Source: Candidatus Anstonellales archaeon
GTDB lineage: Archaea > Micrarchaeota > Micrarchaeia > Anstonellales > J096
DNA: 21,356 bases
Direction: 5' to 3'
Assembly: GCA_038740615.1 (NCBI GenBank)
Contig: JAVYLQ010000006.1
Location: forward strand, 1-21,356
The notes beneath the pieces were generated by a model, which was not told the origin of the DNA, made no database searches, and was given only the letters and a program-made list of their open reading frames with translations. A program made the translations under genes and the position numbers. Shown here piece after piece: positions 7,271 to 15,122 of this stretch. The stretch's first letter is position 1, and each line of letters starts with the position of its first letter.

Positions 7271-8816
7271 TCTGGTATTCATATCAACACTATTCTCCAT
7301 ACCTATATCCACTATTAAAACAGATTTTGATATAATCCAAATATCTCAGGCTATAGGTTCCCAGTTCTATATAGTGACTCCTAGTGGGATAATACTCTAT
7401 GATATTAACAGCAAATCTATACTTCAAGAGTATAGATCAAATTATGGGACGATAGTAGGAAAAGGGTATTTAGATATGCCTAGAAGAGCAGTATTGCCAA
7501 CTACTAACGGTATCGTTGAATACACCGTTGTGAACATGGTTATAAATCAGAGGTATATAAATGTTCCCGCTGATCAGATCTACTTTTCTAATAACCACTT
7601 CTATACAATAGTGAAAAAAGAGAGGTCAACGAGAGAAATAAACATACTAGATAATCAGCTAAACCTTCTATCTAACCTCAAGATCAGTGGAGAGATTCTA
7701 GATGTATATGCTGGATCCAAATATTTTCTAGTACATTCTGATTCTGGAATATATATAATGATAGGAAACACTACTATTCAAATAACAGATCTGAAACCTA
7801 GTGCTAGATTATGGTACGGAATTGATAGAATATATATTCCCTTCTATCAACAACTATATGTAATGGATCTATATGGTAATGTATTAGAACAGAGGTATTT
7901 CAATACATCTATATATGCCGTGTTTCAGGTTGATAGAGATTATTATGCATATACTATAGATGGGATATATACTAGTTCTAAGTTCATAGATATCCAACCA
8001 CCTCTGATAAACTCTAGATATTATTTAAATGATGAGATGGTTTTAGTGAATAGCGGTAGATCTACCTATTTAATATTAAATGGAATACCTGTAGGTAGTT
8101 ATGAATTCCAGATATCTAACAATATACTCTACTTACCCAACCAGAGAGTTTTTCTAGTGGCTGATAGCAATCTGATATCAATATATTCAGCTGCGTCATG
8201 CTATTTCAGCAAGAGATACTATGTGGATTACTGTAGAGACATAAAGATATCCGGGAACTTCTATATATCTCAACCTATAATAATTCTAAAAAATCAGACT
8301 TTACAGGGGAATATTTTAGAAGGAATAGATATTAGATGGGGATCCCTGCCTCCTGATACTTATGAATTGAGATGTATATCAGATTACCAAGGGGACTATT
8401 CAATAGGTCAATCTGATAGTGTGGAATTAGTTATATTGGCGCAGGGTCTGAAGAACAATTTTATAACAAAGGCAACTTATAATGATATTCCCATAGAACA
8501 GTACTATATCGTTCCAGAAAATAGTTTGATACGATTTGAGGTAAGAGACTATAGGAATCTATCAGCAGCTGCAAATATGGAAATAATAAGATATGATACT
8601 GGTGAGGTTGTCCAGAATTTATCTATCAGTGGGGTTAGAGCTGTAGAATTTAATACTAGTGGAGATTACGTGATTAGATTTGTGGCACAATGTTATAATC
8701 CCGCTGAATACTATATAAGAGTCACTAGACAGGGAAGCATCCTAGATCTGATCTTACCTATTCTAGGAGTACTAGTTCTTGGATTGTTAATTTATGTTAT
8801 AGTAGCAAGAAAGTAA
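7254..8816 (+). CDS. Secreted, C-terminally membrane-anchored beta-rich surface protein
   Basis: Hydrophobic N-terminal signal-like segment; Tyr/Ile/Asn-rich beta-strand pattern; C-terminal TM LILPILGVLVLGLLIYVIV followed by ARK; six N-x-S/T sequons. Confidence 0.75.
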   Translation: MLILASLVFISTLFSIPISTIKTDFDIIQISQAIGSQFYIVTPSGIILYDINSKSILQEYRSNYGTIVGKGYLDMPRRAVLPTTNGIVEYTVVNMVINQRYINVPADQIYFSNNHFYTIVKKERSTREINILDNQLNLLSNLKISGEILDVYAGSKYFLVHSDSGIYIMIGNTTIQITDLKPSARLWYGIDRIYIPFYQQLYVMDLYGNVLEQRYFNTSIYAVFQVDRDYYAYTIDGIYTSSKFIDIQPPLINSRYYLNDEMVLVNSGRSTYLILNGIPVGSYEFQISNNILYLPNQRVFLVADSNLISIYSAASCYFSKRYYVDYCRDIKISGNFYISQPIIILKNQTLQGNILEGIDIRWGSLPPDTYELRCISDYQGDYSIGQSDSVELVILAQGLKNNFITKATYNDIPIEQYYIVPENSLIRFEVRDYRNLSAAANMEIIRYDTGEVVQNLSISGVRAVEFNTSGDYVIRFVAQCYNPAEYYIRVTRQGSILDLILPILGVLVLGLLIYVIVARK

Positions 8817-8847
8817 TTTTTAAATTCTTTATTCTATTAAATAAAGT

Positions 8848-9180
8848 ATGCTAGAACGAAATGTAGGAGATATAGATAGATCATTAAGATTATTAGCTGG
8901 TATTGGGATGATGATACTTGGGATATCAATTCAAAGTTATCTATTATTTATTCCCTCATTTCTCCTGATAGCCACTTCTTTAGTAGGGTTCTGCCCTCTG
9001 TATTATGTTCTAAGGAAAAATACGAAAACTCAAATAGATCATCCTTATCTGATTCCTGATAAACCTGAGCTTCCAGAAATCCCTACACAACAGCAGGTAG
9101 AGATGAGAGATGAGAAAGAGTCAGAAGATGAAGAACCTATTATCAGGAGAAGAGTGAAAAAGAATGGTAAGAAAAAGTAA
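8848..9180 (+). CDS. DUF2892/YgaP-like membrane protein with charged C-terminal tail
   Basis: RNVGDIDRSLRL..two TM segments..GFCPLYYVL pattern. TATA-like TTTAAATT at 8819-8826. Confidence 0.8.
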   Translation: MLERNVGDIDRSLRLLAGIGMMILGISIQSYLLFIPSFLLIATSLVGFCPLYYVLRKNTKTQIDHPYLIPDKPELPEIPTQQQVEMRDEKESEDEEPIIRRRVKKNGKKK

Positions 9181-9835
9181 GAATGTACTATTAGTTACAC
9201 TCTATTCTACAGGGATGATAGGTAGTTTGGCAGGACTTACTCTAATTTACTCTCCGGGATTTGAACTCATGGAACAGAAATTCAGCAGAAAATTGCCACC
9301 TGTAGCAGTTATACACAAATCCCAACCTCTCTCCCCTATAAGATTATACAGAAATAGATTGGATGGGATGAATTTATATCTACTAATATCTGAAATATCT
9401 CTCTCTATGGTAGTTGCACCGATGATATACTCATTAATTCTGAAGATTATAAAAACGCTCAAAATAGATTATGTTATCTTTCTGAGCAGTATCTCTGATG
9501 TTGAATATAATTATGTAACTAATATATCTCCAGTTCCGAATACGTTAGCATCTATGAAACCAATAAGAGAAGGTGCATTAGGTGGTCCTCTAGCAATGAT
9601 TCTACCATATATCCATGATAGGATTAATTATATTGCGCTGTTTGCCCCTAACTCAAGCAAGAGTAACCCAGATATTCCATCCACGATTTCATTGCTGAAC
9701 CGATTTAGAGAACTGTTTAGAGAATTATTCAACCAGGATATCAATATAGATATGAGCATATTAGAGAGTTATCAGAAGAATCAGATGGAGCTTCCGAAAA
9801 TCGATCAGAAAGATAATCGGGATATTTATAGATGA
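9164..9835 (+). CDS. PAC2-family proteasome assembly chaperone-like protein (PbaA/PbaB type)
   Basis: TGMIGSLAG, LPPVAVI..PIRLY, LLISE, GGPLA, PDIPSTISLL and C-terminal IYR (HbYX). Confidence 0.72.
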   Translation: MVRKSKNVLLVTLYSTGMIGSLAGLTLIYSPGFELMEQKFSRKLPPVAVIHKSQPLSPIRLYRNRLDGMNLYLLISEISLSMVVAPMIYSLILKIIKTLKIDYVIFLSSISDVEYNYVTNISPVPNTLASMKPIREGALGGPLAMILPYIHDRINYIALFAPNSSKSNPDIPSTISLLNRFRELFRELFNQDINIDMSILESYQKNQMELPKIDQKDNRDIYR

Positions 9836-10281
9836 TAGACATTCCGCAGATTTTGAGAACTAAAACATTGGATGAGATAATAAAAATATCTGAGACGGTA
9901 ACTGATAAGAATATAAAATACCTCTTGTTAGGCTCAGCTTTCCTAAAGTACAAGCGGTATCAGTATGCCTATGAATTTTTAAAACATGTTAAGGATCGGT
10001 ATCCTAGACTGTTCTCCTATTCAGCATTCTACTTGGGGAAATATAAAGAAGTAATAGATAATCTAAAACCTAACACAGACGTATTTGATCTCATAGTGCT
10101 TACCATATCATATATTAATGTAGATGATATGAATAATGCTAAGGAGATGTTGAATAGAGCTCTAAAACTGGATCGGAAAAGAACTCTAGAATTACTCAAA
10201 GAATACGTGGCAAATTCCCCTCAAACTGAATATAGTAGAGCTTTACTGATTTTCATAGATAAACTAATGAAAAGAATCTAA
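9832..10281 (+). CDS. Hypothetical helical-repeat (TPR-like) protein
   Basis: LLGSAFLKYKRYQYAYEFL, AFYLGKYKEV, NAKEMLNRALKLD. ATGA overlap with the PAC2 gene. Confidence 0.6.
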   Translation: MIDIPQILRTKTLDEIIKISETVTDKNIKYLLLGSAFLKYKRYQYAYEFLKHVKDRYPRLFSYSAFYLGKYKEVIDNLKPNTDVFDLIVLTISYINVDDMNNAKEMLNRALKLDRKRTLELLKEYVANSPQTEYSRALLIFIDKLMKRI

Positions 10282-11244
10282 TCTGTAGCGATTATATAGT
10301 ATATCAACAAATCGATCATACAATCTGGATACTATCAATGTATCACAATTGATCTCTCTATTTAGAATTGAGGAAATACAGGGAGAGGTTCTTCCCTTAT
10401 CTCCATGAAAGAATTCTTTAATATACGCCCCTGCCTCTGCATAGATATAGCTAAAGTTCCTAAATGCTCTAATCCTATATATCTTCCTGTACCGAGTCTT
10501 TAGAGCCCTGCGATGTTCTACTCTGCTAGGAGTATATTGTGAAATTCGAAGAACAGGAGAGCTAGATAGAATGCTTATCTCCTCATCACTCAACTCCTTG
10601 TGATAACATATATAGGACTTATCAAAGTGTGAATCAGAAACCAATGTTCGCATTATTCTCCTAACCCTACCATAGATAACAGCAACAATTCCCTGTGATT
10701 GTATGATTCCTGGTGAGACATTGTATCGGACGGGTTCATGAATCTCCATTACAAAAGGTCTACCTGCTATATTAAATGCATCAATATCCTCTCTTCCTGA
10801 GGCATGCATAAAGTATTTACTACCCCCATAGATCTTGATCAATTCTCTACCTATAATACCTTCTATGGAAGGAATTCCCTTACCTGGCCATCTCTTCTGA
10901 GATATATTATTACGTAATTTCCAATATCTCCCAAATATAAATAATTCTGCTTTCCTTATCTGTATTCCATCTGGAGAAACATCTATGTATACATCTGGAT
11001 CTGTATTGTCGATCTGTAGATTGTATTTGGATTTGAGTTCCTCCTTTATAGCCGCAGATAATGTTGATCTAGGTTGTAGTAAGTATTTACTATCATCAAA
11101 TCCAATAACTCTAATGGAGACTCTCTGTGAAGGTAGATCTCTGAGTTCTAATCTATCCCATATTCCATGACATATTTCACAGTTCTCCCCTATCTCTACT
11201 AGTCCATTAAGGTTATATATTGATGCACACTTATCACATAGCAT
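10264..11244 (-). CDS. pus10: tRNA pseudouridine(54/55) synthase Pus10 (compact)
   Basis: N-terminal CDKC and CEIC, GRYWKLRNNISQ, catalytic HASGREDIDA, GRPFVMEI, QYTPSRVEHRRA, AGAYIKEFFHGDKGRTSP. Confidence 0.93.
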   Translation of the reverse strand: MLCDKCASIYNLNGLVEIGENCEICHGIWDRLELRDLPSQRVSIRVIGFDDSKYLLQPRSTLSAAIKEELKSKYNLQIDNTDPDVYIDVSPDGIQIRKAELFIFGRYWKLRNNISQKRWPGKGIPSIEGIIGRELIKIYGGSKYFMHASGREDIDAFNIAGRPFVMEIHEPVRYNVSPGIIQSQGIVAVIYGRVRRIMRTLVSDSHFDKSYICYHKELSDEEISILSSSPVLRISQYTPSRVEHRRALKTRYRKIYRIRAFRNFSYIYAEAGAYIKEFFHGDKGRTSPCISSILNREINCDTLIVSRLYDRFVDILYNRYRLDSFH

Positions 11245-11277
11245 ATGTTTAAATATAACTAAATCTTATTAATACAG

Positions 11278-12066
11278 ATGCCTGAACTCCAGATAGAGAA
11301 AAAAGTGGAATTTCAAAGTAATAAGGTGTTGGCAACTGAAGATATAACAAAAAGAGTTAATATGTTCAATGATAGGATCAAAGATGACGAGAGTTATATG
11401 AGAGAGGATCAATATAAAATCATAAGTGAAATTAATGAATTTAGAATAGGTATAAGTAATCAATTGGAATCAACTCTGAGTAAGATTAGGAGATCTGATA
11501 TAATAGATATGTTTCAGAGATTCACTGTAAGTATTGAACAGAATGTAATAGAAGAGCTAAATGATAGACTGAACGATATGCTTAGATTGGCTACCAAGCT
11601 CACAGAGATAGCAGCCTTAGGAGCTATTGCAGCCTATCTAGAATTAAAAACTAGATCAGATGAGCTGGAATTGAGTAGAGATGCTGATGAGAAAATCCAG
11701 AATAGTAAAGTCAAGCTAACCATTAGAATGAAATCAGAAGATAGAGATATTTTAAGAAAATACTTATGGTTTGTAAGAAAGAAGTGGAATATGTTTAAGG
11801 ATGATTATGGAACAGATAACCCTGAGATTTTGAAATCGATTCTGAATAGTAGAGGGATATTAGAAGAGGGAGAGAGAATGTTTCTGGAATTGAAAATTTT
11901 CAAAGCTATTGGTAAAAATGATGAATACGGAGCTAGAGAATATCTGAAAAGATATGCTGAAATTACTAATCTTAGAGTGATAAATGTGATGTTAGCTAAA
12001 GGTATGAAGAGTTCAGAGATTGTGAGGATGTTTAGAGGAATATTTAGAATATTAAGAGTAAGGTGA
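11278..12066 (+). CDS. Hypothetical alpha-helical protein
   Basis: 262-aa ORF with genome-typical codon usage. TTTAAATA at 11248-11255 lies about 22 bp upstream. No family recognised. Confidence 0.7.
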   Translation: MPELQIEKKVEFQSNKVLATEDITKRVNMFNDRIKDDESYMREDQYKIISEINEFRIGISNQLESTLSKIRRSDIIDMFQRFTVSIEQNVIEELNDRLNDMLRLATKLTEIAALGAIAAYLELKTRSDELELSRDADEKIQNSKVKLTIRMKSEDRDILRKYLWFVRKKWNMFKDDYGTDNPEILKSILNSRGILEEGERMFLELKIFKAIGKNDEYGAREYLKRYAEITNLRVINVMLAKGMKSSEIVRMFRGIFRILRVR

Positions 12067-12070
12067 TATA

Positions 12071-12078
12071 TTTAAAAA
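12071..12078 (+). promoter_or_regulatory. TATA box of the 23S rRNA transcription unit
   Basis: TTTAAAAA about 25 bp upstream of the 5' processing-stem arm (about 12104). Confidence 0.55.
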
Positions 12079-12103
12079 CGTTTCGTTACTATATATAAAA
12101 TAG

Positions 12104-12146
12104 CTCTAGCCGGTTGGCTAGTGTGAGAGATATGGGTGGTATAGAG
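12104..12146 (+). repeat. 5' arm of the 23S pre-rRNA processing stem (pairs with 15016-15056)
   Basis: TGTGAGAGATATGGGTGGTATAGAG (12122-12146) pairs with CTCTATATCACCCATATCTCTCACA (15016-15040), with one G-U. CCGGTTGGCT (12110-12119) pairs with GGCTAATCGG (15041-15050). Confidence 0.9.
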
Positions 12147-15015
12147 TTTGCTGCAATCCGCCTAGTGGATGGCTCGACTTCCAACACATCTCCCCGTGGC
12201 AAGCTGCGATAAGCCCAGGGTACCTGCATGCGAGGGTTGATCCTGGGATTGGGAGAAGTGCCTAGTCTTCGGACTAGGCCAATTGACGCCGGGAATTGAA
12301 GCATCTTAGTACCGGCAGGAAGAGAAATCAAACGAGATGCGGGTAGTAAGGGCGACTGAACCCCGCACAGACCGTCCCGAATCCCCTACAGTAATGTAGG
12401 TGGAGAGGTGGGGGGGAGCACCCTACTCTTGACTCGAAGTTAGCTGGAATGCTACACCAAAGAGGGTGAGAGTCCCGTAGAGGTAGAGAGTAGGGGCGAA
12501 CCAGAAGAGTAGCCTCTCATGATTGGGGGGTGAAGATGGGGGAACTATCCTCCAAGTCTAAACATAGTTGGAAGATCGATAGCGAATTAGTACCGCGAGG
12601 GAACGCTGAAAAGATCTCCGGGCAGGAGAGTGAAAAGACCCTGAAACTAGGCGGAGACAGGCAGTCAGGGCAGGAAAGGGTACTTGGGTGAAGCTGAGAG
12701 AGGCGACTCTCAAAGCCAACCCAAGGTCACTGTCCTGACATTCTTCTCGAAGCAAGAGCCAGGGAGTTCTGGGTAGTGGTGAGGCGAAAGCCTGAGCGAA
12801 AGCGAATGCCCGCAGTGATAAACGAGGGGCAGCCTCTTAACGGGGGTAAATCACTATCCAGAGACCCGAAGCCCGTTGCGAACTAAGGGCGCCCAGGGTG
12901 AAGCCTATCTTACAGGTAGGTGAAGGCCCGCAACTAGTGCTGGTATATTCCGCTTAGGTGAGGTGCCCTTAGGGGTGATAGGCCAGTCGAGCCGGGCGAT
13001 AGCGGGTTCCCTCCCAAATGTGTCTCAGCACAGCGTCACCGGAGAGAGCCTGAACGGTAGAGCACTGATTGAGGAAGCGGGGGAGAAATCCCTCGCCCCT
13101 CTATCAAACTCCGAATGTTCAGGCCTCGTAGATGGTGGCAGTGGGGCTCCTCGGGGTAAGCTTGAGGGCCTATTGCGGAACGACGCGACGTAGGGTTAAG
13201 GACCCTAAATGTGGGCTAAAAGTGAATCCAAAAGAGGGATTCTTTCATAGACAGCTGGGACGTAGGCTTAGAAGCAGCCATCGTCTAAGCAACGCGTAAA
13301 AGCGGACCAGCCGAGAAAGAATCTCTCAAAAATGGACGGGGCTAAGCCCACTTCCGATACCCTACCGGTGTTCCTATGGAACACATCGAGTAGGAGGGTG
13401 TCCGGAGTGCTGAGAAGTAGGGCCGTGAGGTCCTATGGAGCGCTCTGGAATAAATATCCTGGCGACAGTAGCAGCAAACTCAGGTGAGAATCCTGAGGGG
13501 CTGATAGGGCAAGGTTTCCTTGGCAACGTTCATCAGCCAAGGGTTAGGCGGTCCTAAGGCGTATCCTAATGGGAATACGCTGAGTAGGGTAACGGGTTAA
13601 TATTCCCGTCCTAGGTGGGTAGGTTTTAGCCTTCTCACTGACGCCTCGGGATAGGAGGAGCCAGACCGGTCCAAGCACTGAAATCCCTGGAGTCTCGTAA
13701 TGAGGAGAAAGGGATGAAGGTGTGATGGGGGAACTCCTTCGACTCCTAGGGCCCATGAAAAGGTGAGAAGGAACGATCCCACCTAACCGTACCGAGAACT
13801 GGTACAGGTGCCCTAGCTGAAAAGGCTCAGCCCTGTAGGGAGAACCCAGGTAAAGGAACTCGGCAAGTTAGCCCCGTAACTTCGGGAGAAGGGGTGCCTG
13901 GAATTGAGTAAATTCCAGGTCGCAGTGACAAGGGGGGAGCGACTGTTTACCAAAAACACAGGTCACTGCTAGGCCTAAAGGCTGTGTACAGTGGCCGACG
14001 CCTGCTCACTGCCAGTACCCGAAAGCTCCTTACAAGGAGAATAAGGGCTGGTAAAGAGCGGGGGTAACTCTGACCCTCTTAAGGTAGCGTAATACCTCGT
14101 CGCTTAATTGGCGACTTGCATGAATGGCGTCACGACTCCCCCACTGTCTCTACCTGGGACCCTGTGAACTCACTTCCCGGTGAAGATGCCGGGGACCCCC
14201 AGTGGGAAACGAAGACTCCATGGAGCTTTACCGCAGCCAGATGTTTTGTCGTCGGCCTGGCTACAGAGCGTAAGTGGGAGCCGTCGAAGCTGCCTCTCCG
14301 GGGGCAGTGGAGGCAACGATGTAACACCACTTAGCTGGGCTGACGATAATTACCTTCGGGGACAGCATCTGGTGGGCGGTTTGGCTGGGGCGGTACACCC
14401 ACGAAAAGGTAACATGGGTGCCCAAAGGTCTGCTCAGACGGGTCAGAAATCCGTCGTAGAGGGATAAAGACAAATGCAGGCCTGACTTCTTCCCTAACAG
14501 CGTGGGAAGAAGAGGGGAAACCCGGGCTTAGCGAACAGTAATATCCTTGTAGTGGGGGATTACTCTGTCAGACAAGCTACCCTGGAGGTAACAGGCTCGT
14601 CGCGGGCGAGAGTACATATCGACCCCGCGGCTTGGTACATCGCTGTCGGCTTGGGTCATCCTGGCTGTGTAGGAGCAGCCAAGGGTCGGGTTGTTCATCC
14701 GTTAAAGACCCACATGAGCTGGGTTCAGTACGTCGCGAGACAGTACGGTAGTATCTACTGGGGGTGTTGGCCTTTGAGGGGAAAGGACCACCAGTACGAG
14801 AGGAACATGGTCCTGGGGCCTCTGGTGTACCGGTTGTGAAATGCATTGCCGGGTAGCTACGCCCTAGAGGATAAGACCTGAAAGCATCTAAGGTCGAAGC
14901 CTCTCCCAAAACTAGAGGCCAAAGCCCGCCCATAGCAGATGGGTTTGATGGGGGGAAGGTGTAAGCTCCAAGGCTCTGCCGAGGAGTTCAGCCGATCCCT
15001 TCCAAAGGGCTAAAC
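12146..15015 (+). rRNA. rrl: 23S rRNA, archaeal, unlinked; ends approximate
   Basis: GC-rich island (about 55% in five lines counted). Landmarks: GTGGATGGCTCG, AGTACCGCGAGGGAA, GTAGGCTTAGAAGCAGCC, TAAGGTAGCG, P-loop CTGGGGCGG, GAGCTGGGTT, sarcin-ricin loop AGTACGAGAGGAAC (14793-14806), CTGAAAGCATCTAAG. Confidence 0.98.
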
Positions 15016-15056
15016 CTCTATATCACCCATATCTCTCACAGGCTAATCGGTTTGAG
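15016..15056 (+). repeat. 3' arm of the 23S pre-rRNA processing stem
   Basis: Inverted repeat of 12104-12146, followed by a short T-run (15059-15064 region). Confidence 0.9.
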
Positions 15057-15122
15057 TATATTTTCACGTTTAGAACAAAAACTTTACAAGATGTTTTTAA
15101 AAATAGCTACTCTATAGAACTC

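Noticed and set aside
8750..8816. PGF-CTERM archaeosortase signal on the surface protein
   Set aside because: A TM segment and basic tail are present, but there is no PGF motif before the TM.
12089..14933. Short ORFs on both strands within 12089-14933
   Set aside because: They overlap the 23S rRNA and are artefacts of its high GC content.
12146..15015. Intron or homing endonuclease in the 23S gene
   Set aside because: Length is about 2.87 kb with continuous landmarks and no AT-rich insertion or LAGLIDADG ORF.
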